The notes beneath the pieces are model-generated. The model was given only the letters and a program-made list of their open reading frames with translations. It was not told the DNA's origin and ran no database searches. The position numbers and the translations under genes are program-made. 64,000 nt of DNA, taken from an uncultured Gemmatimonadales bacterium (lineage in GTDB: Bacteria; Gemmatimonadota; Gemmatimonadetes; Longimicrobiales; RSA9). The stretch is from positions 1 through 64,000 of the forward strand of contig CAWCRS010000007.1 of NCBI GenBank assembly GCA_963798085.1, read 5' to 3'. This document shows, one piece after another, positions 27,365 through 36,404 of the stretch (positions are counted from its first letter, which is position 1; each line of letters starts with the position of its first letter).

Positions 27365-28968
27365 AGCGATCGATCGCGCTGGCGCTGCTCCTGGCCATGA
27401 CGGGATGCGGCGGCGGCGACCACAGTGGTGCGGGTGCCGGTGGTGGCACCGCCGTCGTGGGCATGCGCTCCGATTTCAGCGTCTTCAATCCCATCGTCAA
27501 TTCCGATCTGTACACGGGCGAGCTGATCGACTACGCACTGTTCACGCCGCTCGTGCAGTATGATTCCGCGCTCCATGTGGTGCCCTGGCTGGCGCAGTCC
27601 TGGGATCTCGAGGGCGACAGCGCGATCGTCTTTCACCTGCGTCATGATGTACGCTGGCACGATGGCCGGCCGGTCACTGCGGAGGATGTGACCTTCACGT
27701 TCGACCGCGCGCGGGATCCTGCCGCCGCATCGCTGCTCGCATCGGCGTTCCTTCAGCACGTCGCGTCCGCACAGGCGCTGGACAGCTTCACCGTGCGCTT
27801 CCGGTACACGCAGCCGCATGCGCAGGCGCTCGAGGATTTCTGGTGGGCGCCGGCGCCGAAGCACCTGCTCGAGAACATTGCCGCATCGGACATGCGCAAT
27901 GCGCCGTTCAACCGGCAGCCTGTGGGCAGCGGTCCCTTCCGCTTTGTGGAATGGAAAGCCAATGAGCGGCTGGTGCTGGAACGTAATCCGGACTTTCCGG
28001 CCGGCCTGGGCGGTCCGCCCCCGCTGCAGCGCGTGGCGCTGCGCATCATTCCGGACCCCACGACGATGCTCACGGAGCTGATCACGGGTGGCGTGCACGT
28101 GGACATTCCCGTCGAGCCGGATCAGGTCGATCGCATCCGCGCGCAGTCGTCGCTGCGCCTGTTTGCGTTTCCCGGCCGCACCGTCTACTACATCGGCTGG
28201 AACAATGCGCGGCCGCCTTTCACGGACGCGCGGGTTCGTCGGGCCCTGGCCCTCGCCCTCGACCGGCAGGAGATCATCGATGCGCTGCTGCACGGCCAGG
28301 GTGTCATTGCGACCAGCCCCGTTCCGCCCTGGTCGCCGGTCTATCCGTCCGACGTGACGCCACTCGCGCCGTCGCCCGAGAACGCGAAGCAGCTGCTCGA
28401 GCAGGCCGGCTGGCGCGACCGCAACGGCGACGGCATTCGCGAAGACGCGCAGGGCCACACGCTGCGCTTCAACCTGCTCATCAGTGACGACCAGCTGCGG
28501 CGCTCCGTCACGGAGGTGATCCAGAGTCAGCTGCGCGCCGTGGGCGCCGATGCGAAGGTACAGACAGTCGAATTCCAGACCATGCTGGCCGCGCACCGCA
28601 AGCGGGATTTCGACGCCATCTTCACCAATTGGGTGCTGGACAACTTCCAGGTCGCATCATCGCCCTATGCGCTGTTCCATTCGACGGAGGCCGCCAGGCA
28701 GGGTTCCGCCAATCGCAGCACAGTCCGGGACAGCGTTCTGGACCGCCTGACGGTGCAGGGTGGCGCCGCGACGGATCCTGCGCAGCAGCGCCGCATTTGG
28801 CACGACCTCATCGAGCGCCTGCAGCAGCAGCAGCCGGTCACCTTCATGTTCTGGCTGAACGAGCTGGGCGCCGTCAACAACACCGTGGGCGGCGTGACCA
28901 TGGATCCGCGTGGCGAGCTGCTGACCATGCGACAGTGGACGCTGTCGCCCGGCGCTGTGGCCCGCTAG
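27361..28968 (+). CDS. Peptide ABC transporter substrate-binding lipoprotein
   Basis: Lipobox AMTGC, LRHDVRWHDGRPVTAEDV, PVGSGPF and DARVRRAL. Confidence 0.93.
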   Translation: MKRSIALALLLAMTGCGGGDHSGAGAGGGTAVVGMRSDFSVFNPIVNSDLYTGELIDYALFTPLVQYDSALHVVPWLAQSWDLEGDSAIVFHLRHDVRWHDGRPVTAEDVTFTFDRARDPAAASLLASAFLQHVASAQALDSFTVRFRYTQPHAQALEDFWWAPAPKHLLENIAASDMRNAPFNRQPVGSGPFRFVEWKANERLVLERNPDFPAGLGGPPPLQRVALRIIPDPTTMLTELITGGVHVDIPVEPDQVDRIRAQSSLRLFAFPGRTVYYIGWNNARPPFTDARVRRALALALDRQEIIDALLHGQGVIATSPVPPWSPVYPSDVTPLAPSPENAKQLLEQAGWRDRNGDGIREDAQGHTLRFNLLISDDQLRRSVTEVIQSQLRAVGADAKVQTVEFQTMLAAHRKRDFDAIFTNWVLDNFQVASSPYALFHSTEAARQGSANRSTVRDSVLDRLTVQGGAATDPAQQRRIWHDLIERLQQQQPVTFMFWLNELGAVNNTVGGVTMDPRGELLTMRQWTLSPGAVAR

Positions 28969-28980
28969 CAGCGCATTTGC

Positions 28981-29964
28981 ATGGGCAAGTTCGTTCTGCG
29001 GCGGCTGCTGGGCGCGATTCCTCTGCTGCTCGGCATTGCCACGCTCATCTTCTTCGTGCTCAACCTGGCGCCCGGCGATCCCGCATCGTTCCTGTTCGGC
29101 CCGGGCATCCCGCCCGAGGTCATCGAGCAGACCCGCCGCAATCTCGGCCTGGATCAGCCCATCTACATCCAGTACATCCGCTGGCTGGGCGCTTTCCTGA
29201 CAGGGCATTTCGGCTGGTCGCTGACGCAGGGCCGGCCCGTCGCCACCATCCTCCTCGAGGCGCTTCCTAACACGCTGCTGCTCACGCTCACGACACTCGT
29301 GCTGGTCTTCATCGTGGGCGTGCTGATCGGCGTCTACCAGGCTGTGCGCCAGTACACGGTGGGAGACACCGTGCTCAGCGTCACCGCGCTGTTCTTCTAC
29401 TCCATGCCTTCGTTCTGGCTGGCGCTCATGATGGTGCTGCTGTTCGCGCTGAAGGCGCACCAGTGGGGCTGGCCCATCGCCTTTCCGGCCACCGGCATGA
29501 CCAGCATCGATCACGACCAGCTGTCGTTCCCGGGCCGCATCGCGGATCGCCTGCGCTATCTCGTGCTGCCCGTGAGCACGCTCACGCTGGCGCTGGCCGC
29601 CGGCGTGGCCCGCTACACGCGCGGCCAGATGCTCGAGGTCATCCGCCAGGACTATATCCGCACCGCGCGCGCCAAGGGGCTGCCGGAACGCAGTGTTGTG
29701 CTGCGCCACGCGCTGCGCAATTCGCTGATTCCCGTGATCACGCTGCTGGGACTGTATCTGCCGTTCCTGTTCAGTGGCGCGGTCTTCGTCGAATCCATTT
29801 TCGCCTGGCCGGGCATGGGCCGCGTGATCGTGAGCGCCATCGCGCAGCGCGACTATCCCGTGATCATGGCCACCACGTTCATCTTCTCTGCGCTCACTGT
29901 ATCCGGGAACCTGCTGGCCGACGTGCTCTACGCCTGGGCCGACCCCCGCATCCGCTATGACTGA
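28981..29964 (+). CDS. Peptide ABC permease (DppB/OppB-like)
   Basis: LAPGDP, DYIRTARAKGL, HALRNSLIP and DPRIR. Confidence 0.95.
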   Translation: MGKFVLRRLLGAIPLLLGIATLIFFVLNLAPGDPASFLFGPGIPPEVIEQTRRNLGLDQPIYIQYIRWLGAFLTGHFGWSLTQGRPVATILLEALPNTLLLTLTTLVLVFIVGVLIGVYQAVRQYTVGDTVLSVTALFFYSMPSFWLALMMVLLFALKAHQWGWPIAFPATGMTSIDHDQLSFPGRIADRLRYLVLPVSTLTLALAAGVARYTRGQMLEVIRQDYIRTARAKGLPERSVVLRHALRNSLIPVITLLGLYLPFLFSGAVFVESIFAWPGMGRVIVSAIAQRDYPVIMATTFIFSALTVSGNLLADVLYAWADPRIRYD

Positions 29965-31120
29965 CGCGTCGCAGGCCACACCGGGGAGCGGCTCAGGCGG
30001 GCGGGCCGGCGCAGGTCCGCGCATCGCGTCGGCGATCGTGCCGGGGCTGGGGCAGCTGTTCGCTGGCCGCTCCGCGCAAGGTGCGCAGCTGCTCACCGGC
30101 TGGTTCGCGCTCGCTGTCATCGTGATTGCCGCTCGCCATCGCCTGGCTGCGGTACCACGCACCGGCTCGCTCGATGGCTGGGTCGCCGTCGCAACGCTGG
30201 TCGTCATTGCGCTGGCGCTCTGGGTGCTCGCGTTCCGCGATCTCGCACCGCGCGCCCGGCCCGCCAATGCCCCCGTTTCGCAGTGGCGCATCGCATGGCG
30301 CCAGTTCCGGCGCAATCGCCCGGCACTGCTGTCCGCATGGTTGATCCTGCTGCTCTACATCGCCATGCTGCTGGCGCCCCTGCTTTCGCCCTACGACCCC
30401 ATCGCCCAGGCCGACATCGCGCACACGGCGTACCTGTCGCCATCGCTGGCGCACTGGTTCGGTACCGACCGCTTCGGCCGCGACATCCTGAGCCGCATCC
30501 TGTACGGCGCACGCATCTCGCTGTCCATCGGTTTCCTCGCGACCCTCATCAGCATCACCATCGGGACACTGCTGGGCGCCATTGCCGGCTACGCGGGCGG
30601 CCGTCTGGATGGCCTGCTCATGCGCTTCACCGATATGGTGCTGGCGTTTCCCCGACTGGTGCTGCTCATCCTCATTGTGGCATTGTTCGGCCAGACGCTG
30701 ACCGTGCTCATTCTCGTGCTCGGTCTCACGCAATGGCCCTCGACCACGCGTATCGTGCGCGGCAATGTGCTGAGTCTGCGCGAACGCGAGTACATCCAGG
30801 CCGCGCGCGCGCTCGGCTTCGGCCGCTCCCGCATCGTGCTGCGCCACATCATCCCCAACGTGCTGGCGCCCGTCATCGTCTCCGCCACGCTGGGCGTGGG
30901 CAACACCATCGTGCTGGAAGCCGGCCTCGCCTTCCTCGGCCTCGGCCCGCCCCAGCCGCTCCCCTCATGGGGCGACATGGTGAACGCCGGCCGTGACAGC
31001 CTGCTCGATTCCTGGTGGGTCGCTACTTTCCCCGGCCTCACCATCGTCCTCGTCGTCCTCGCCTTCAACCTCGTCGGGGACGGACTCAGGGATGCCTTGG
31101 ATCCACGTTTGCGGACGTGA
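29957..31120 (+). CDS. Peptide ABC permease (DppC/OppC-like) with N-terminal TM extension
   Basis: HWFGTDRFGRD, EYIQAARALG and NLVGDGLRDALDPR; extra SAIVPGLGQL segment. Confidence 0.93.
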   Translation: MTDASQATPGSGSGGRAGAGPRIASAIVPGLGQLFAGRSAQGAQLLTGWFALAVIVIAARHRLAAVPRTGSLDGWVAVATLVVIALALWVLAFRDLAPRARPANAPVSQWRIAWRQFRRNRPALLSAWLILLLYIAMLLAPLLSPYDPIAQADIAHTAYLSPSLAHWFGTDRFGRDILSRILYGARISLSIGFLATLISITIGTLLGAIAGYAGGRLDGLLMRFTDMVLAFPRLVLLILIVALFGQTLTVLILVLGLTQWPSTTRIVRGNVLSLREREYIQAARALGFGRSRIVLRHIIPNVLAPVIVSATLGVGNTIVLEAGLAFLGLGPPQPLPSWGDMVNAGRDSLLDSWWVATFPGLTIVLVVLAFNLVGDGLRDALDPRLRT

Positions 31121-31126
31121 TGCATG

Positions 31127-31512
31127 GAACGGCGTTGCTGGGGCTTGGGGCTCGGGCTGGTTGCTCGGGAACGGATGCTAACGGATGGAACTGCGTTTCT
31201 GGGGATGGGGCGCGTTGCTCGGGAACGGATGCTAACGGAGTGTTCAACGCACAATGAGTAGAACGATAGGATCGCACCCGGAAGCCACTCACGCATCGGC
31301 GCACGCCCTGCACGGTATTCCCAATGTGCATGTCATGCGTTTCTGTTCCCCAGCAACCAGCCCCAGCAACCAGCGCCAGCAACGCCGTTCAATCCGTGCA
31401 ATCCGTTCCCCAGCAACCAGCGCCAGCAACCAGCCCCAGCAACGCCGTTCAATCCGTTCCATCCGCGCAATCCGTTCCCGAGCCCCAGCCCGAGCCCCAG
31501 CAACGCCGTTCC
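31127..31512. repeat. Composite repeat: two reverse and three forward ~55-65 bp units around a ~100-bp core
   Basis: Unit ~ccgttccccagcaaccagccccagcaaccagcgccagcaacgccgttcaat, three times at 31343-31512; reverse-complement variants at 31127-31239. Confidence 0.8.
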
Positions 31513-31516
31513 AGCG

Positions 31517-32563
31517 ATGAGTCTCCTCACCGTCACCGATCTCTCCACGTATTTCCATACCGACCACGGCGTGGCACGCGCCGTAGACGGTGTCTCCTTC
31601 AGCATTGCTGCCGGTGAGACGCTGGGGATCGTGGGGGAGAGCGGCAGCGGCAAGTCGGTGACGTCGCTGTCCATTATGCGGCTGGTGCCTTCACCGCCCG
31701 GCGAGATCGTGGCGGGCAGTTCCGTGCGTTTCCGCGACCGCGAGCTGCTCACCCTCCCGGAGCGCGAGATGCAGCGCGTGCGGGGGAATGACATCGCCAT
31801 GATCTTCCAGGAGCCCATGACATCGCTCAATCCGGTGTATCCGGTGGGCGAGCAGATTGCCGAGGCGATCCGGCTGCACCGCAGGGCCCCGCGGCGCGCG
31901 GCGTGGGAGCGCGCCGTTGAAATGCTGCAGCTGGTGGGCATGCCCGCGCCGGCGCAGCGCGCACACGACTATCCGCACCAGCTGTCAGGCGGGCAGCGGC
32001 AGCGCGTGATGATCGCCATGGCGCTCTCCTGTGATCCGGACCTGCTCATCGCGGATGAGCCCACCACTGCGCTCAATGTCACGATCCAGGCGCAGATCCT
32101 CGAGCTGCTGGGCGGGCTGCAGCAGCGCCTGGGCATGGCGCTGATGCTCATCACCCACGACCTGGGCGTGGTGGCCGGCGTATGCGATCGCGTGCTCGTG
32201 ATGTATGCGGGCCGCATCGTCGAGGAAGGCCCGGTTGCGCAGATCTTCGCCGATCCGCGGCACCCGTACACGCAGGGATTGCTGCGCGCGATTCCGCGAC
32301 TGGACCACGCGGCGCGCCGGCTCGAAGTGATTCCCGGCCAGGTGCCCAGCCCCGCGTCCTGGCCCACGGGCTGCCGCTTCCATCCGCGCTGTCCCTTCGC
32401 CTGGGAACAGTGCGCGGCTCAGGAGCCGGACCTGCTCGCGCTGACACCCGATCACCGTTCGCGCTGCTGGCTCGAAACCCATCCGGAACGGCGGCAGACA
32501 CGGCCGATGGACGGCGCTTCCGCTGCGCGGGTCAACACGCCTGACGCACGCGGCGAGGCGTGA
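31517..32563 (+). CDS. Peptide ABC ATP-binding protein (DppD-like)
   Basis: [29 protein letters not shown] and GCRFHPRC. Confidence 0.95.
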   Translation: MSLLTVTDLSTYFHTDHGVARAVDGVSFSIAAGETLGIVGESGSGKSVTSLSIMRLVPSPPGEIVAGSSVRFRDRELLTLPEREMQRVRGNDIAMIFQEPMTSLNPVYPVGEQIAEAIRLHRRAPRRAAWERAVEMLQLVGMPAPAQRAHDYPHQLSGGQRQRVMIAMALSCDPDLLIADEPTTALNVTIQAQILELLGGLQQRLGMALMLITHDLGVVAGVCDRVLVMYAGRIVEEGPVAQIFADPRHPYTQGLLRAIPRLDHAARRLEVIPGQVPSPASWPTGCRFHPRCPFAWEQCAAQEPDLLALTPDHRSRCWLETHPERRQTRPMDGASAARVNTPDARGEA

Positions 32564-33684
32564 TGGACACTGCGAACACGCCTGTTGACGCGGTTGCGGA
32601 TACGACCGGCCTGTCCGCGGCGCTGCCGCCGGCGCGCGGCAACAGCGACACGGGTGGCCGGCTGCTCGAAGATCTGCGCCGACCTGATGACACGCTGTTA
32701 GAGGTGCGCGGCCTGGTGAAATACTTCCCGGTGCGCAGCGGCCTGTTCGGTCGCGCGGCGGGCGCGGTGCGTGCGGTGGATGGGGTGACGTTCCACGTGC
32801 GCCGCGGAGAAACGCTCGGACTGGTGGGCGAGTCGGGGTCGGGCAAGACCACCGCGGGCCGGGCACTGCTCCGGCTCATCGAGCCGGGCGCTGGCGAAGT
32901 GTGGTTCGACGGTGAAGATGTGCGTGCGCTGGACCGTGAAGGGCTGCGTCGCCTGCGCCGCCGCGCACAGATCGTGTTCCAGGACCCGTTCGGTTCGCTG
33001 GATCCGCGACTCACGGTCGGTGATGCGCTGCGTGAAGTGCTGCACGTGCACGGCCTGGCGCGGAGTCACAGGGAAGCGCGCGTACGCGAGCTGCTCAGCC
33101 TCGTCGGTCTGGCACCGGAGCACGCCGCGCGTTATCCGCACGAGTTCAGCGGCGGCCAGCGGCAGCGTATCGGCATTGCCCGGGCGTTGTCGGTGGAGCC
33201 CGAATTCCTGGTCTGCGACGAGCCGGTTTCCGCGCTCGACGTTTCCGTGCAGGCCCAGGTGCTCAATCTGCTCGTGGATCTGCAGCGCCAGCTCGGTCTC
33301 GCGTACCTGTTCATTGCGCATGACCTGGCCGTGGTGCGTCACGTGAGCGATCGCATCGCCGTGATGTACCTGGGCCGCATTGTCGAGCTGGCAACCGCGG
33401 ATGCCCTGGTGTCGTCGCCTCGCCACCCGTACACGCAGGCGCTGCTGTCTGCAGTGCCCGAAGCCAGGCCGGGCGGGCACACCAGCCAGCGCGTGATTCT
33501 GCGTGGCGACATCCCCAACCCCGCTGCGCCGCCACCGGGGTGTCCATTCCACCCGCGCTGCCAGCACCCTCTGCGTGACGCCGATTGCGCAAGCATCCGC
33601 CCGCCGCTCGCGGAGAAGGCCAGCGGTCATTTTGCGGCGTGCATCAAGGAGCGCTCGCTGCCGTTGGCACCCGGGAGCGACTGA
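32560..33684 (+). CDS. Peptide ABC ATP-binding protein (DppF-like)
   Basis: [29 protein letters not shown] and GCPFHPRC. Confidence 0.95.
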   Translation: MMDTANTPVDAVADTTGLSAALPPARGNSDTGGRLLEDLRRPDDTLLEVRGLVKYFPVRSGLFGRAAGAVRAVDGVTFHVRRGETLGLVGESGSGKTTAGRALLRLIEPGAGEVWFDGEDVRALDREGLRRLRRRAQIVFQDPFGSLDPRLTVGDALREVLHVHGLARSHREARVRELLSLVGLAPEHAARYPHEFSGGQRQRIGIARALSVEPEFLVCDEPVSALDVSVQAQVLNLLVDLQRQLGLAYLFIAHDLAVVRHVSDRIAVMYLGRIVELATADALVSSPRHPYTQALLSAVPEARPGGHTSQRVILRGDIPNPAAPPPGCPFHPRCQHPLRDADCASIRPPLAEKASGHFAACIKERSLPLAPGSD

Positions 33685-33852
33685 AACGGGCACCCGCACA
33701 CGCATTCCGGGTAACGCACTGGAGACTACCCACCGCGGTTCAACAGCAGTCGAGCGCAGCCGCAAATGACCCCGAGCCGTACCCATGAAGCAGGGCAGGG
33801 ACTGCCTGCACGGTCCCCTTCCGTTGCCGGGGCCCGCGCCAAGCAGTCTGTT

Positions 33853-35253
33853 ATGCGGCACGCCCTCCCGCTGGTCGTCGCGATCCTGACGGCAGCGGCC
33901 TGCTCGCACCGCGGCCGGCAGGGTGCACGCGGCCCCGAGCCGCGCACCGATGGGCCGGTGTCGGCACCGCTCCAGACCTACCAGCAGCTGGGCTTCGTGG
34001 CCGGGCCGGGCTTCTTTCCGGCGGTCGCGGATTTCGCCACCATCGCCGGCCCCGGCGATTCCACATACGTGCTGTTCGGCCTGTCACTGCCCAACAGCGC
34101 ATTACGCTTCCAGCGCGACCCCGACGGCTTCGTCGCCGACTACAACGTCACGCTCAACTTCGCCACCCGCGATTCGCAGGTGGTCAAACGCGTGACGCGT
34201 GCTGAGTCCGTTCGCATTCCCTCGTTCCAGGAAACCGGCCGCATTGATGAGAGCATCGTGTTCCAGCAGCTGGTGTCGCTGCCACCGGGCGAGTACGTGG
34301 TCACACTGCAGGCTGGCGATGCCAACAGCTCGCGCGGCTTTCGTGCGACGGACACGATTTCCGTGCCCTCGTACACGGGGGACGGACTGCGGCTGGCACA
34401 ACCCGTCGTCGTCTACGAGGGCAAAGGCCGCGCCGCCACTGACTCCGCGCCCGACCTGATCCTGAATCCGCGGCACACCATCGCGTACGGCGGCGAGGCA
34501 CCGCGTGTCTACCTCGAAGCGTATCACGCGGAGCAGCCGGCGCCCGTGACGCTCAGCGTCGTGGACGAAAGCGGCAATCACGTCTGGAGCGCTCGCACGA
34601 CAATCACGGAAGGAAACACCGCGTTGCGCCGCGCGCTCGTGGATCTGCCCGAAGGTGTGCTGCCGCTGGGCAAGCTCTTTGTCGAAGTCCGCTCCGCCGA
34701 CGGCGGTATTGCACAGCGCTCGCCACTCGTGATCAGCATATCCGATCAGTGGATGGTCTCCAACTTCGAGGAAGTGCTGCGCTTCCTCGAGTTCATCGGG
34801 ACGCGCGAGGAAATCGATTCGCTGCGCAACGGCTCGCCCCAGGATCGACGGCGGCTCTGGGAAGACTTCTGGGCGAGGCGTGATCCGCTGCCGGCCACGC
34901 CGGCCAATGAGTTCCGGGACGAGTTCTTCGAGCGCGTCCGCTACGCTGTCGAGCAGTTTTCCGAAGCCGGTGGTCAGCCCGGCTGGAACACCGACCGCGG
35001 CCGTGTCTACATCGTGCTCGGGCCGCCTTCCTTCGCGGAGGAGCGCTACATCGGGCGAACTGAATACGTCGGCCGCCCCAACGGCTGGGAATGGATGTAC
35101 GAAAACGCGCCCGGCGGCCGCCTGGTCCTGCTGTTCCTGGACCGCGGTGGCTTCGGCCGCTACGAACTCACTGCTTCCTCGGAATCCGCGTTCCGCGCCA
35201 TTGCGGATCGATTGAAGGTCAGGACGGAGAAGAAGTCAGAGTCGGGTTCCTGA
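33853..35253 (+). CDS. GWxTD domain-containing lipoprotein
   Basis: Lipobox AAAC; FWARRDP.PATPANEF and GWNTDRGRVYIVLGPP. Confidence 0.9.
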   Translation: MRHALPLVVAILTAAACSHRGRQGARGPEPRTDGPVSAPLQTYQQLGFVAGPGFFPAVADFATIAGPGDSTYVLFGLSLPNSALRFQRDPDGFVADYNVTLNFATRDSQVVKRVTRAESVRIPSFQETGRIDESIVFQQLVSLPPGEYVVTLQAGDANSSRGFRATDTISVPSYTGDGLRLAQPVVVYEGKGRAATDSAPDLILNPRHTIAYGGEAPRVYLEAYHAEQPAPVTLSVVDESGNHVWSARTTITEGNTALRRALVDLPEGVLPLGKLFVEVRSADGGIAQRSPLVISISDQWMVSNFEEVLRFLEFIGTREEIDSLRNGSPQDRRRLWEDFWARRDPLPATPANEFRDEFFERVRYAVEQFSEAGGQPGWNTDRGRVYIVLGPPSFAEERYIGRTEYVGRPNGWEWMYENAPGGRLVLLFLDRGGFGRYELTASSESAFRAIADRLKVRTEKKSESGS

Positions 35254-35382
35254 CCCGTGGCGAAAGGCCTGCCCGCCTGTCACAAGGCGACCTCTGGGAT
35301 AGTTGATTCTCGTTGAGGCACCTGCGGCAGGCCGGCGAGGCTGCCTTCGCCTGCCGAACTTCCCCGCCTCACGGAGCCACGC

Positions 35383-36222
35383 ATGCGTCACCTCCGGCTG
35401 CTGGCGCTGGCGGCAAACGGGCTGCTGCTGCCAGTCGCTTTGTCAGCGCAGACAATCGTGGGCCGAATCGTCGACGAAGCGACCCGGGCTCCCGTCAATC
35501 AGGCCGACATCGCTCTCCTCGACGGCAGTGGCCTGCGCCGCGCCAACGCCCTCGCGGACAGCCTCGGCAACTTCCGCCTCGCGCCACCCGTCGCCGGCGC
35601 CTACACGCTGCGCGTTCAGCACATCGCATACACGCCGTGGACCTCCGCGAAGATCGAGGTGGGCAACAGCGAGGTGGTCGAGATCGAGATCCGGCTCGGT
35701 CGCACCGTAATTCCGCTGCAGCCGCTTGTAGTGACAGCGCGCACGCGCGACAACAGCCGCCTGGCCGGTTTCAACCAGCGGCGCCGCAGCTCGAGCTTCG
35801 GGCGTTTCCTCACGCGTGCCGACATCGAGACTCGATCCGCCAGTCGCACCAGCGATCTGCTGCGTGTGATGCCCGGCGTCGCCGTCACGCCGGTCAACCT
35901 GCGCGGCCGTGCCGGACCGGAGCGCAGTCTCATCGGCATGCGCAGTTCCGCAGGCCTCTGTGATCCCGCCTTCTTCATCGACGGCGTTCGCGTGCACCAG
36001 AGCGCGGAAAGCACCCTTGACGACGTGCTGACGCCGGAAATGCTCAATGGCGTGGAAGTCTACACGGTCTCCGGCGCCGCGCCGGCGCAGTTCGCGGTGC
36101 CCGGCAGCTGCGGTGTGGTGCTCTTCTGGACCCGCCAGGGAGAGGGCAACGCGAAGTGGAGCTGGAAGCGCTTCGTCGTCGCCGCCACGGGAATCGCACT
36201 GCTCATCGTGTTGTTGCGCTGA
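35383..36222 (+). CDS. Carboxypeptidase-regulatory-like domain + TonB plug-like domain protein
   Basis: Signal peptide, GRIVDEAT..PV, SDLLRVMPGV, FFIDGV, GVEVY and CGVVLFWT; C-terminal TM helix. Confidence 0.8.
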   Translation: MRHLRLLALAANGLLLPVALSAQTIVGRIVDEATRAPVNQADIALLDGSGLRRANALADSLGNFRLAPPVAGAYTLRVQHIAYTPWTSAKIEVGNSEVVEIEIRLGRTVIPLQPLVVTARTRDNSRLAGFNQRRRSSSFGRFLTRADIETRSASRTSDLLRVMPGVAVTPVNLRGRAGPERSLIGMRSSAGLCDPAFFIDGVRVHQSAESTLDDVLTPEMLNGVEVYTVSGAAPAQFAVPGSCGVVLFWTRQGEGNAKWSWKRFVVAATGIALLIVLLR

Positions 36223-36282
36223 TTCGCGGCAGCGCCTGCGTCGCGCATTTGCACCACGCCCATCGCATGGGTGCGCCTCGAC

Positions 36283-36311
36283 TTGGAACCACTGGCTTCC
36301 GAAACTATATT
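36283..36311 (+). promoter_or_regulatory. Putative promoter of the slt gene
   Basis: TTGGAA-17 nt-TATATT. Confidence 0.4.
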
Positions 36312-36404
36312 AGGATCGTCAATGTCCAACCTCGCCCCTTCCCCGGGGTGGGATCGCGTTCGATCCAGTAGTAGGGGATCGTACCTTCTACACAAGCCTC
36401 GAGG

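Noticed and set aside
31343..31512. CRISPR array
   Set aside because: Units are degenerate and nearly abutting, without unique spacers; no cas genes.
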